Below are positions 1 to 15,981 of a stretch of DNA of 64,000 nt, piece after piece (position 1 is the stretch's first letter; each line of letters starts with the position of its first letter). Origin of the DNA: Dictyostelium discoideum (lineage: Eukaryota); assembly GCA_000004695.1 (NCBI GenBank), contig CM000154.2:224001-288000 (forward strand). Direction: 5' to 3'. A program made the translations under genes and the position numbers. The notes below the pieces were generated by a model. The model worked only from the letters and a program-made list of their open reading frames with translations. It did no database searches and was not told the DNA's origin.

Positions 1-3000
1 CATTAAATAATAATAATAATATTTCACCATCATTATCATCGTCATCATCATCATTATTAAATACACCAAATAAAAGAAATTCAATTCAACTTTCAAAATC
101 AACTTCATTTGAACAACAAAATCAACAACAACAACAACAAAATTTATTATCACCAAATAGTTATAGAAATTCAATATCATTTAGTAAATCACCATCATTT
201 GAAGGTAGTCAATCAACTGGATCATCAAGATCAATATCACCAATTTCATCACCAATTAAAAATAGTACTACTGGCAATAGTAATTTATCAAAATCAACAT
301 CTTTTGAAAAGATAGAAGCTAGTAATACTACTAATAATAATACTATTATTATTGCAGAAGAGAGTAGAGTTATTGAAAAAATAGTCGAAAAGATAATTGA
401 AGTTGAAAAGATAGTAGAAGTTGAAAAGATAGTAGAAGTTGAAAAGATAGTAGAAGTTGAAAAGATAGTAGAAGTTGAAAAGATTGTTAAAGTTGATGAT
501 ATCGAAAAGCTAACAAATTTACAAGATCAATTAACTGAACAACAACAACAATATCAAGAGAAATCATTGAAATTGGTAAACTTGGAATTGGAATTACAAG
601 AAAAGAGTAATCAACTTGTTGATAAATCTAATCAACTTTCAACAATGCAAGCAACCAATTCAGAGTTAATGGAAAAGATTGGCGGATTAATGAATGATCT
701 AACCGATATTCCAACTCAAGATATTAAAGAGAAAGATGAGATAATTGCAAATCTAAAGATTGAGAGTGAAAAGAATTTAAAATGCTTTCAAGATGATTTC
801 AATGCTTTACAATCTCGATACAGTCTTACCATTGAGCAAACTAGTCAATTGCAAGATAGAATTAAGCAATTAATAAATGAATTACAAGAGAGGGATGATA
901 AATTCATTGAGTTTACAAACTCATCAAATCAATCATTGGCTGATAACCAACGTGTAATCGACCAATTAACCAATGAGAAACAATCAATAACTCTACAATT
1001 ACAAGATCAACAAGATATAAAAGAAAAGGAATTTCAATTTGAAAAACAACAATTATTAAGTCAAATTGATTCAATCACAACAAACATTCAAGAATATCAA
1101 GATAAATTCAATAATTTACAACAAGAATTCAATACTCAACAAACTTTAAATCAACAAGAAACTCATAGATTAACTCAACAATTATATCAAATAAATACAG
1201 ATTATAATGAAAAACAAACTCAATTACAATCGGAAATTAAAGATAATCAAACTATAAATGAACAATTAAATAAACAATTATCAGAAAAAGATAAAGAAAT
1301 TGAAAAACTTTCAAATCAACAAGAACAACAACAAGATGAAAAAATTAATAATCTTTTATTAGAAATTAAAGAAAAAGATTGTTTAATTGAAAGAATTAAT
1401 CAACAACTTTTAGAAAATATTGATTTAAATTCAAAATATCAACAATTACTTTTAGAATTTGAAAATTTTAAATTAAATTCATCAAAAGAAAAAGAAAATC
1501 AATTAAATGAATTACAAAGTAAACAAGATGAAAGATTTAATCAATTAAATGATGAAAAACTTGAAAAAGAAAAACAATTACAATCAATTGAAGATGAATT
1601 CAATCAATATAAACAACAACAATTAAGCTCAAATTCAAATATTGATCAACAATTACAATCTACTATTATTGAATTATCAGAATTAAAAGAACAAAAAGAA
1701 TTAAATGATTCAAAATTAATTGAAAAAGAAAAACAATTACAACAATTACAACAAGAATTTGACCAACTAAATGAAAAAAATCAAAAAGATCACCAAGATC
1801 AATTAGAATTACTTGAAAAACAATTAAAACAATTACAACAAGAATATGATCAATTAAATGAAACTAATCAATCAATTGAAAATCAATTAAATCAACAAAA
1901 TTTAATTAATAAAGAGAATTTAAATGAAAAAGAGCAAGAATTACTAAAATTACAAAATCAATTAAATCAACAAATTGAAAAGATTCAATTTGATCAACAA
2001 GAATTTTCAAAACAAAATTCAATTAATATTGAATTAGTAAATGAAAAAAATGAAAAATTAATTCAATTACAACAAGATTATGATCAATTAAAACAACAAA
2101 ATAGATCAAATGATGAAAAAGATGAAAATGATTTAATTGAAAAAGAAAATCAACTAAAGTCAATTCAAAATGAATTAAATCAATTAATTGAAAAGAATGA
2201 ATCTGATCATAAAGAACAACAATTAAAACAACAATCAATTGAAAATGATTTAATTGAAAAAGAGAATCAAATTCAACAATTACAATCACAATTAAATGAA
2301 CAAAGACAACAACAATCAAATCAGTTATCTGAGAAAGATCAACAATTGAATCAGTTAATTGAAAAGAATCAATTTGATCAAAAAGAACAACAATTAAAAC
2401 AACAATCAATTGAAAATGATTTGTTTGAAAAAGAGAATCAAATTCAACAATTGCAATCACAATTAAATGAACAAAGACAACAACAATCAAATCAGTTGTC
2501 TGAAAAAGATCAACAATTGAATCAATTAATTGAAAAGAATGAATCTGATCAAAAAGAACAACAATTAAAACAACAATCAATTGAAAATGATTTAATTGAA
2601 AAAGAGAATCAAATTCAACAATTACAATTACAATTAAATGAACAAAGACAACTACAATCTGAAGTATCAATTGATAATGATAAAATTTTAGAATTAGAAA
2701 AACAATTAAAACAATGTCAATCGGATTTATTGAAATTAAATGATGAAAAACAACAACAAGATAAACAATTACAAGATAAACAAATTGAATTTGATCAATT
2801 ACAATTAACTTTTAATCAATTTAAAAATGATAAAGATTCACAATTCATTCAATTACAAGATGATCAAAAACAACAATTACAATCAATCCAACAAGATTTA
2901 AATCAATTAAAACAAGAAAATCAAGAAAAAGAAAAACAACTCTCTGAAAAGGATGAAAAATTACAATCAATTCAATTTGAGAATCAAGAAAAAGAAAAAC

Positions 3001-4533
3001 AACTCTCTGAAAAGGATGAAAAGTTACAATCAATTCAACAAAATTTAAATCAATTAAATGATGAAAATCAAGAAAAAGTAAAACAATTTTCTGAAAAAGA
3101 CGAAAAGCTACAATCAATTCAACAAGATTTAAATCAATTAAAACAAGAAAATCAAGAAAAAGAAAAACAACTCTCTGAAAAGGATGAAAAGTTACAATCA
3201 ATTCAACAAGATTTAAATCAATTAAATGATGATCAAATTAAAAAAAATGAAAAATTAAAAGAAAAAGAAGAACAATTATTAAAATTACAACAAGACTTTA
3301 ATGATCAACAATCTCAACAATTAAAACAATTGGAAGAGAAATTATCTGAAAAAGAAAATCAATTACAACAATTAAAACAAGAGAATGAAATCAATCAATT
3401 GAATCAACAACAACAATCAAATGAAATTATTCAACAATTAAAAGATCAACTTTTAAAACAACAACAACAAGAACAACAAGAAAATAATAATGAAAAAGAA
3501 ATTGAAAGATTAATACAAGAGATTGAACAATTGAAACAACAACAAGAGATTGACCAATCGGAACTTAGTAATAAAGAGATTAAAATCCAAACTACTCAAC
3601 AAGAATTTGATCAACTCTCTCATAATAGATCAAAGGATCAATTACATTTACAACAATTACAACAAGAGTTGGATCAGTTGAAACAAAGTTTTGATGATCA
3701 AGATCACCAATTTAAGAAAGTAATTGATGAACGTTACAATCTTCAATTACAATTGGAACAATCAACTCTTTCAAATAATCAATTAGATCAATTATTAAAG
3801 GAGAAATTAAAACCATTGGAATTGGACTCCAATGAAAAACAAAAAACAATTGATGATTTACTTTCAAACATTTCAAATCTCCAAATTTCACTTCAAAATG
3901 ATAAAGATTTAATCTCTGAAAGAAATAATTCAATTAAAACTTTAGAATCACGTATTACTCAACAATTATCATTATTAGATGAAAAAGATAATTTAATTAA
4001 AGATTTACAACAACAAAAACAACAACAACAACAACCTCCAACTGCTTCATCATCACCATCATCATCACCATCATTATTATCCTCAACACCAACACCAAAA
4101 CCACAACGTCCAAATCAAATTGAAATTGATAGACTTGTAAATGAAATTGTAAATAGAAATCAAGATTTAATAAGAAAAAATAAAACCAAATTCTATAAAT
4201 TAGAAAATGGTGATTACATTGTAAATTCAATCATTTATAGATTATCTTTAGATGATGATAATGATTCTGATTTAATTGGTAAATATTAATATATATACAC
4301 ACATTATTAATAAATTATTTATTAACTAAATCCTATTTTTAAAATTTAATTTAGCACAAGAATATGAAAATGGTAATAGTACAACATTTGAGAAATCATT
4401 AAGAATTTTCCCATCAAAGAATACACGTCCAATATTCGATTGGAGAGCATTGTTCTTTATTGGTGCTGCTGTTTTAGCTATCTCTACTCTCTTTTCTTCT
4501 TCAAGACCAATCAAATATGAAAAACCAACTTAA
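1..4533 (+). CDS. Giant coiled-coil protein, 5' partial (begins upstream of window); exons 1..4278 and 4355..4533 joined; C-terminal tail anchor
   Basis: Frame 3 is open from nt 3 (Ser/Asn-rich, then EKIVEV x5, then >1200 aa of heptad-like Q/E/K/L-rich coiled coil). The track ORF 567..4289 is only the part after an internal TTG. The GKY-stop at 4287 coincides with a GTAAAT donor at 4279. A 76-nt AT-rich intron (4279..4354, ...tttag) joins in phase to exon 4355..4533. That exon encodes ...RALFFIGAAVLAISTLFSS-RPIKYEKPT*, a single C-terminal hydrophobic segment typical of a tail-anchored protein. Confidence 0.7.
2150..3230 (+). repeat. In-frame coding tandem repeats inside the coiled-coil gene: 3 x 171 bp (57-aa unit LIEKNESDQKEQQLKQQSIENDLIEKENQIQQLQSQLNEQRQQQSNQLSEKDQQLNQ, 2150..2660) and about 5 x 90-120 bp units (QEKEKQLSEKDEKLQSIQQDLNQLK, 2880..3230)
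   Basis: Near-identical nucleotide repeats seen directly. Minus-strand ORFs 2023..2670 and 2845..3201 are their antisense shadows. Confidence 0.85.
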
Positions 4534-4852
4534 ACATTGGTATTTTTTTTCTTATTACTTTCTTTCCTTTTTTTTTTCAATTGTACCAAATGTATATAGA
4601 GTGAAATAATATAAAAATATAAATATAAATATAAACATATATAAAAATAATAAAATATAAAATAAAATAAAATAAAATATATAAAAAAAAAAAAAAAAAA
4701 ATGAATTTAATTTCAATAAATCTAGTTTTATTTTATTAATTATTTGTTTAGAAAAAAAAAAAAATATTATTTTTATTATTTAAATTGATTACTGAATGGA
4801 TTAATTAAAAATTATTTAAATTAATTTATAAAAATGATTATTATTATTCTTT

Positions 4853-5450
4853 TTAAAATGATATATAGCCTGAATCTTCACCAACTACAACAGTTTTATA
4901 TTCATGGTAAAATGAAATAAAAAACAAATAATATAATGTAACGCATGTAATTTCACTTAATGCACATAAATTATTATATTCTTTATAATTTGTACTTTGA
5001 ACTAAATAATTTAAATTTGATTAGATAAATAAAAAAAAATTAGTATTAATAAATTAATAATAATAATTATAATTATAAAAACTTACATATTAATATGGCA
5101 ACTGTATATAAAACTGATAGTATAATTCTAAAGATAAATAATTTTGGTGCTAAAATATTTAAATGTAAATTATAATCTAAAGTAGTTGAAATTATAATAT
5201 AAAATAAACCAAAGATGAAATAGATGGCACTGAAAACTAAATGAACATTTCTAATATAATGTTGTGGGAATGAAATTACTCCTAATAATCCAATTGATTG
5301 AATTAATGCAATCAATAGACAAACTACTGAAAATGTTGAAACTAATGAATGTGGACTACATTTTTTAATTTGTAATCTGTTATATTGAAATTTGACAATA
5401 TATAAACCAATTGAAAGTATACTTGAAATTGCTAATCCAAATGTTGCCAT
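4853..5450 (-). CDS. Hypothetical 4-TM membrane protein; exon 5087..5450 plus speculative 3' exon 4853..5001
   Basis: ORF 5073..5450 (MATFGLAISSILSIGLYIV..., four hydrophobic helices). A perfect GTAAGT donor (plus 5081..5086) overlaps the apparent stop. An acceptor ...tttag at 5002/5003 opens a 49-codon in-phase frame (FQSTNYKEYNNLCALSEITCVTLYYLFFISFYHEYKTVVVGEDSGYISF*), which is unusual in AT-rich DNA. A GA-rich (plus CT-rich) non-AT island at 5590..5700 lies 140-250 bp upstream of the ATG. Confidence 0.45.
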
Positions 5451-5540
5451 TGGTAAATATTCAATTGTATCTGAAATATATGGTACTGTATCTTGATTTT
5501 CCTTTTTATTTTATTTTTATTTCATTTTATTTTATTAGTA

Positions 5541-5573
<33 letters not shown>

Positions 5574-5760
5574 AAAAAATTGTTAAACTAATTCCTTCAC
5601 ACCTTCTCATACTCATACACTTCTCTCTCAATACAACTCATCCCTTCTCAAACTTATTCTCTCTCTCTCTAACCCCACAATCTCACTTCATCTCTCCCTC
5701 ATTATATTATTATTTTTTTTTTTTTTTGTATTTCAAAAACATACGTATGGGTTTTGTTTA

Positions 5761-5920
5761 AAGTATAATATATATGAAAGTATTAGTGTGAGTGGTGTAA
5801 TGGAGGCCAATAAAAAAAATAATATTTTTTTAATCATTTTGTAGTTTTAAATAAATTAAATTATTTGAATTATTTTTTGTGTGATTAAAAAGTGATGTGT
5901 GTTAGTGTGTGGTTCAAAAA
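5761..5920. promoter_or_regulatory. G/GT-rich islands (gtgtgagtggtgtaatggagg; gtgatgtgtgttagtgtgtggttc) in otherwise AT-rich intergenic DNA; G-box (GBF-type)-like elements 230-380 bp upstream of the mccA start
   Basis: The sequence composition departs strongly from its surroundings. The motif class matches Dictyostelium G-box/CAE elements. A functional role is inferred. Confidence 0.3.
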
Positions 5921-6045
5921 AAAAAAGAAAAAAAAAAAAAAAAAAGAAAGAAAAAAAAAAATATATTAAAAAGATAAAAAAAAAAAGGGGTAAGGTTAAT
6001 TAAACGATAAGAAATTTTATTTTATTTTTTTTTTTTTTTTTTATT

Positions 6046-6085
<40 letters not shown>

Positions 6086-6144
6086 AAATGAAATTTCTAA
6101 AAGTCATTTGATCAATTCACTTTTTTTTTTAATATTACCCAAAA

Positions 6145-8443
6145 ATGTTTAGTTTAGGAAAATTGGTTAAAAAAGATGCTTTTTTTTATAGGTAAAAAAA
6201 TCTTCTTTTTTTTTTTTTTTTTAAAAATAAAATAAATAATAATAATATTGTACTAACATATTAATAAAAAAAAAAAAAAAAAAAAAAAAATTTCAAAATA
6301 ACCAACACACATTAATGATGATAATAATAACAATAATGATAATTATAATAATTATAACAATTAATTAATCAAATAATTAATAATATCTAGATATATAACA
6401 AATGTTAATAAAGATTTAAAAATTAAACCAATTACAAAGATATTAATTGCAAATAGAGGTGAAATTGCATGTCGTGTAATGAGAACAGCAAAATCAAAAG
6501 GTGTAAAAACCGTAGCAGTTTATAGTGAAGCAGATAAGAATTCATTACATGTTTCAATGGCAGATGAGAGTTATTTAATTGGACCAGCAGCAGCCAAAGA
6601 GAGTTATTTATGTGGAAATAAGATCATAGATGTAGCAAAGAGATCTGGAGCACAAGCAATTCATCCAGGTTATGGTTTCTTATCAGAGAATTCAGATTTT
6701 GCTGATCTCTGTGAGAGAGAAGGTATCATTTTCATTGGACCACCATCAGATGCAATCAAAGCAATGGGTAGCAAAAGTGCCTCAAAGGATATTATGATCA
6801 AAGCTGGCGTACCAACCATCCCAGGTTACCACGGTGAAGATCAGTCAATGAGTGTGTTGAAGAGTGAGGCTGCAAAGATTGGCTATCCAGTATTGATTAA
6901 AGCTGTTATGGGTGGTGGTGGTAAAGGTATGAGAATCGTTGAGAGAGAGGAGGATTTAGAGGACGGTGTTGAGTCCTCAAAGAGAGAGGCCACCGCATCC
7001 TTTGGTGATTCTAGAGTTTTGGTAGAAAAGTATTTAGTTCATCCAAGACATGTGGAGATTCAAGTTTTCGCCGATAGACATGGTAATTGTGTTCACCTCT
7101 TTGAGAGAGATTGTAGTGTACAAAGACGTCATCAAAAGATTATCGAAGAGGCACCAGCTCCACATCTCTCTGAGGAGCTTAGAAAGAAAATGGGTGATGC
7201 TGCAGTTGCCGCCGCCAAGGCTGTAGGTTACGTTGGTGCTGGTACCGTAGAATTCATTTTATCCGCTGATAATAGCTTCTTCTTTATGGAGATGAATACC
7301 CGTCTTCAAGTGGAGCATCCAATCACTGAAATGATCACCAAACAAGATTTAGTAGAATGGCAATTGAAGGTAGCCGAATCCCAAACACTCCCAATGGAGC
7401 AAGAACAATTGAAGATTCATGGTCACTCTTTCGAAGCTCGTATCTACGCAGAGAATCCAGATAGTGATTTCTTACCAGGTACAGGTAAATTAGCACATCT
7501 TTCAACACCAACACCATCCGATACTTTACGTGTTGAAACTGGTGTACGTCAAGGCGATGAAGTTAGCGTTTACTATGATCCAATGATTGCCAAATTGGTG
7601 GTATGGGATCAAGATAGAGAGAAGGCATTAAGATATTTAAGAAATGCTCTCGACGAGTACCATATCATTGGTCTCAATACAAACATCTCTTTCCTTAAGA
7701 GATTATCAACTCATCCTTCATTTATGGCTGGTGAAGTTGAAACTGGTTTCATCCCAATTCACAGAGAATCCTTAATGGCCCCACAAGCTCCAATGTCTGA
7801 TGATTCATTAGCATTGGCTGCCACAAGTTTACTCTTAAAAGAGATCACTCAACAAAAATCAAAAGAAGATCCAAACTCACCTTGGTCAAGTTTAGGTGGT
7901 TTCCGTATTAATCATAATTTAAAAAAACAAGTTAAATTCAATCAAAAAGATAATAAAGTTGTTGTTAATGTTGAATTCATTGGTGGTGGTGGTGCTGCTG
8001 CTAATGGTAAACATAACTTTAAAGTAACTTTAGATAATGGTAATGTCGTTGAAGTTTTAGATGCAAAATTAAATCAAAATAATGAAACTATTAGTGCTCA
8101 TGTAAATGGTAGATTCTATAATAACATTAAATCCGTCATTGTAAAGGATACTTTAACAATCTTTAATGAAGGTCAACAATACCAATTGGATATTCCTCAA
8201 GATGTTAAACCAAAAGGTGCTGATGGTGTATTGGGTTCTTTAGTTTCACCAATGCCTGGAAAAATCACTAAAGTTATGGTAAATGTTGGTGACATGGTTA
8301 AAAAGGGTCAACCAATCTTACTCATGGAAGCAATGAAAATGGAACATACTATTCGTTCTCCAATCGATGGTAAAGTTGAATCATTACCTTATAATGTTAA
8401 TGAAATCGTTGAGGATAAGAAAACTTTGGCTGTTATTGTTTAA
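6145..8443 (+). CDS. mccA: 3-methylcrotonyl-CoA carboxylase alpha subunit (biotin carboxylase plus biotinyl domain), mitochondrial; exons 6145..6191 and 6391..8443
   Basis: ORF 6479..8443 aligns closely with human MCCC1 as recalled from memory (KILIANRGEIACRVMRTAK..., GYGFLSEN, IIFIGPP, YHGEDQS, MIKAV.GGGGKGMRIV, FERDCSVQRRHQKIIEEAPAP, EMNTRLQVEHPVTEMIT, biotinylation motif AMKMEH). The frame is open upstream to 6377 with no Met. A short exon ATG 6145 (MFSLGKLVKKDAFFY-, K-rich presequence-like) ends at a GTAAAA donor at 6192. The ...tctag acceptor at 6389/6390 is in phase 2 and restores ...R YITNVNKDLKIKPITKILIANRGE. The 5' exon is inference only. Confidence 0.85.
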
Positions 8444-8620
8444 AAAATAAAAAAGAAATTAAAAAAAAAAAATGAAAAAATGGGAAAGTGGAAAATAAAA
8501 TAAAAAATAAAAAATAAAAAAAAAAAATGTTTAAAAAAAAAAAATAATAAAAAAATAAAGTGAAATAAAATTTATTTGTATATGTGTAAATATTTACTTA
8601 TTTAAAAATATTATTGAGGT

Positions 8621-8660
8621 ATGTTGGAGGGGGTGGGTGTGTGTGGTGTTTCATTTTTTT
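8621..8660. promoter_or_regulatory. G-rich element ggtatgttggagggggtgggtgtgtgtggtg (G-box-like)
   Basis: Seen in sequence. The ORF 8621..8929 through it is low-complexity poly-F and was rejected. Confidence 0.25.
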
Positions 8661-9269
8661 CATTTTTTTTTTTTTTTTATTTCCTTTTTTTTTATTTCAT
8701 TTTTGTTTTTTTTTATTTCATTTTTATTTTTGTTTTTTTTTTTTTTTTTTTTTTTTTAATTTTTTCAAATAAAATATTAATTTTATATATCTCATTTTAT
8801 TTTCATTCTTTATTTATTTATTGCAAAAAAAAAAAAATAATAATAATAATTATAATTATAATAATAAAATTAAAATTAAAATTAAAATACAAAAAGATAA
8901 TTTTTATAGTATCTTTAAAGTTTGATTAATTTTTTCTTTTTTTTTTTTTTATTTTTTTTTTTTATTATTTTTTAAAAAAATTAGGTAAGTAAATATCTAA
9001 AAATTTTCAATTATTACTTTTACTAAAAAATAACAAACGTTGGAGAAAAAAAAACAAATAGTAATGATTAGAAAATTTGTAATAAAAGATCTTCCATAAT
9101 CAATAAAATGATGTGTGTGGTTATTATCACACAATCTTAATATAAAAAAGGAAATAAAAATAAATAAATAAATAAAAAATAATAATAAAAAAAAATAAAA
9201 AAAAAAAAATAATCAAATTAAAAAAATAAAAAAAATAAAAAAACAAATATAAAAAAAACAAAAAACAAA

Positions 9270-9304
<35 letters not shown>

Positions 9305-9611
9305 TAAAAAAATAAAAAAATTAAAATCAAATAAAAAAAAAAAAAAAAAAAAAATACATGATCATGGTCGTCATCAAAATATCTATATTTTTTTAATATT
9401 AATAATCAATATATTTAAATATAGTTTTTTTTTTATTTTTTATTTTTTTTTTTTATTTGATTTTTTTCCCAAAGAGTTTTTGGTTTATTTTTGTTTTTTT
9501 TTTTTATTTTTTTTAAATTTTTTTTTTTTTTTTTTTATTTTTTTTGAAATTTTTTTTTTTTTATAAAAAAATATAAACAAAATTGATATTATCTAACACA
9601 TAACAAATTCA

Positions 9612-9646
<35 letters not shown>

Positions 9647-9762
9647 GTATATAAAATATAAAATATAAATTTAAAATATAATAGAAATAAAAAAAAAAAA
9701 AAAAAAAAAAAATAGATAAAAAAAAAAAAAAAAAAAGAAATATATAGTTTAATTTAAAAGTA

Positions 9763-13274
<3,512 letters not shown>

Positions 13275-13353
13275 AAAACAAAATTTATATAAAAACAATT
13301 TTAAAAAAGTAATAATACTTTTTAGTAATATTAGTAATAGATAATAATAATTA

Positions 13354-13386
<33 letters not shown>

Positions 13387-13412
13387 TAAATATTAATTTA
13401 ATAAAATAGAAT

Positions 13413-13467
<55 letters not shown>

Positions 13468-13837
13468 CAACATGTAAAATAAAGAAATATTCTTGCTCCT
13501 TTTTTAAATTAATAGGAAAAAAAAAATTATTATTTCTATTACATTTTTTTTTTTTTTTAACAAGATTTTATTTAAGAAATTTTTGGATTTTTTTTTTTTT
13601 TCTAATAAAAAAAAAAAATCCAAATATAATTATTTTATAATAAATAAATTTTTAATCAAATATGTAAATATTAAAATATTAAAAAATTGTTTTTATTTTA
13701 TTTTATTTTATTTTATTTTATTTATTTTTTTATTATTTATTACATTTAAAAAAGTATAAAAAAAAAAAAAATATATAAAAAACAAAAAAAAAATAAAAAT
13801 AAAAAGAAGAAATAATAAGAATAAAATTTAAAAAAGT

Positions 13838-14680
13838 ATGAATTTTGAAATTATAAATGATTTTACTCGAAATAATATAGAATTTAATTTTAAAGAATAT
13901 TATCAATTATTAAAATTAAAAGAAGAAAATTGGAGAAATTATAATCAATTGTATCCATTTCCAAATGAAATAATAATTTCAATATTATTTTCATTAGCTA
14001 GAAAGTACAAAATATGTACAAAGAATGTTCATTATTCAATTTGTTTAATTCAAAGGTATTTGGGTTTATTTGAATTTAATAAAAAGAATCAATCACCTAA
14101 TAAATTATCTTCATCATCTTCATCTTCTACTTTATCATCCACTTCCTCTTCATCATCTTTAAAAGAATTAAATGAATTTCAAATTTCAATATGTGCATTA
14201 AATATATCATGTAAATTAAATCAAGTTTATTGGTGTAAAACATTTGAATTTAAATCAATAATAAATAGTTACTTTGAAAAAGATGATTATTTAAGAGTTG
14301 AAATTGAATTTTTAAGTATCATAAGATTTCATATTACTATTCCATTAATTAGTGATTTCGTTGGTATTATCATTGATGGTTTCTATCTCTCAAAGAATCA
14401 AGAAGATACATATAAGTCAATAATTGATTTCATTTATTTTAAACCAAATGAATTCCTTTGTAAACAATCTTTCACTCTATTGGCATTATCTGTTTTATGT
14501 ATTACATTTTCAATTCATGACCCAACTTCATTAAACTTTTATATAAAATGGGCTTCAAATATTTCAAATTATACATTTCAATCATTACAATTACAAATTA
14601 ATAATATTATTAAAATTGTATTTAATAATAAAATGACATTAAAAGTATTTAATGAACAAATTTGGGGAAATAAAAAATAA
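13838..14680 (+). CDS. Hypothetical protein (280 aa), Ser-rich linker; weak cyclin-box-like pattern in the N-terminal half
   Basis: Single ORF with ATG in A-rich context and moderate-complexity composition. No motif recognised with confidence. Confidence 0.5.
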   Translation: MNFEIINDFTRNNIEFNFKEYYQLLKLKEENWRNYNQLYPFPNEIIISILFSLARKYKICTKNVHYSICLIQRYLGLFEFNKKNQSPNKLSSSSSSSTLSSTSSSSSLKELNEFQISICALNISCKLNQVYWCKTFEFKSIINSYFEKDDYLRVEIEFLSIIRFHITIPLISDFVGIIIDGFYLSKNQEDTYKSIIDFIYFKPNEFLCKQSFTLLALSVLCITFSIHDPTSLNFYIKWASNISNYTFQSLQLQINNIIKIVFNNKMTLKVFNEQIWGNKK

Positions 14681-14970
14681 AAAATAAATAAAACTGAAAA
14701 AAAAGAAATTAATTAAAAAAAAAAAAATTTAAAAAATTTAAATATCTTTATTAAATTATTTTTTAAAAAAATTAAGAAATTAATAAATTTTATTATAAAT
14801 TAATAAAATTTAGCAAACTCTCTCATTTTTAAACTAATTAATTTAATCAATTTTTAATTAAAATTTTTCTCAAAATATGACAAAAACTTTTAAAAAATTT
14901 TATTTTTTTTCGTAAATTATTCTCAAAAATTTTTAAAATCAAAAAAAAAGTTCACAATGCCATTAGATTT

Positions 14971-15006
<36 letters not shown>

Positions 15007-15045
15007 TTTTAAAAAAATCAAACACATATACACAAAATAATTATA

Positions 15046-15555
15046 ATGAAAACCGAACTAAAACCAACACCAACTATTACAACAGTTCCAGATGAATGGT
15101 TCGAAAGTTTACTTAGACATGAAGGTATTTCAACATTAAATAATACTTCTGATACTCCATCATTTTTTATATTAATGGGTGAAATGAAAGATTTGAAAAT
15201 TCCATCTAGTGAAATAGTATTGTCAAAACATTATATTCTTAAAACGATTTTTTTAAAAGGTGGGGAGCTTCAAGTGAATTTTCCGTCACCAAAAGTTAAA
15301 GTTTTCGTTGGCTATTTTAAAGATCCCAATAATAGAGATGGTGAACTAACAGTTTTCTTACTCCGAGAATTAGAACAAACACACACATTCAATGTATTGC
15401 AAAGACATATAGAAAACCCTAACCCAATTAATGGTTTACAAACTGATTATGAATCATTTAACCATCTTTTACAATTTATTCAAGAGCATCATAATGAAGG
15501 TAAATCTTTGTGGGAAATTGATCCAACACATAAATATGATAAAGAAAAATTGTAA
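15046..15555 (+). CDS. Hypothetical protein (169 aa)
   Basis: ORF with non-repetitive composition, flanked by oligo(A/T) intergenic DNA. Confidence 0.5.
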   Translation: MKTELKPTPTITTVPDEWFESLLRHEGISTLNNTSDTPSFFILMGEMKDLKIPSSEIVLSKHYILKTIFLKGGELQVNFPSPKVKVFVGYFKDPNNRDGELTVFLLRELEQTHTFNVLQRHIENPNPINGLQTDYESFNHLLQFIQEHHNEGKSLWEIDPTHKYDKEKL

Positions 15556-15981
15556 ACAAATTATTCATCTATATCTAAATCCATTAAATTTAAAATAAAA
15601 TAGATATAAAAAAAAAAAAAAATTAAATCTTACTTTTTTTTATTTTGCATTATTATTTATTTTTTAAAAAAAAAAAATCAATATTGATAATATTTATTTT
15701 TTTTTTTTAATTGTCTAATAATGATTAATCAAGGAGGAAATTTAAAAAAAAAAAAAATATTAGTTAAAATGAAAATAAAATATCCAAAACCATTGTCGTC
15801 AAAAAAATATCAAATCATTTTTAAAAAATAAAAAAAAAAAAAAAAAAAAAATCAATCAAAATGTTTCAAATAAAATAAAATATCTTTTTTTTTTTTTTTT
15901 TTTTTTTTTTTCATTTTTATTTTTTTTAGTTTATTTAATTATTTTATTGTTTTTATAATTTCTATAAATTTTAAAATAAAA

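Noticed and set aside
109-315. 68-aa plus-strand ORF (MNNKINNNNNKIYYHQ...)
   Set aside because: It lies in the wrong frame inside the 5' end of the coiled-coil gene, whose true frame is open from nt 3. Its low-complexity N/H/Q composition is typical of off-frame AT-rich translation.
2023-3201. Minus-strand ORFs 2023..2670 and 2845..3201 (hydrophobic I/V/F/L-rich)
   Set aside because: Antisense shadows of the in-frame coding tandem repeats of the coiled-coil gene.
4326-4514. 62-aa minus-strand ORF
   Set aside because: The same DNA on the plus strand is the phase-consistent terminal exon (tail anchor) of the coiled-coil gene.
5411-5761. Plus ORF with KKKKKKKKKKKK
   Set aside because: It overlaps the start of the minus-strand membrane-protein gene, then translates an intergenic A-run and a CT-rich island. 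No coding signal.
8621-9330. ORFs 8621..8929 (+) and 9127..9330 (-), poly-F/poly-Y/poly-I
   Set aside because: Translation of homopolymeric T/A intergenic DNA.
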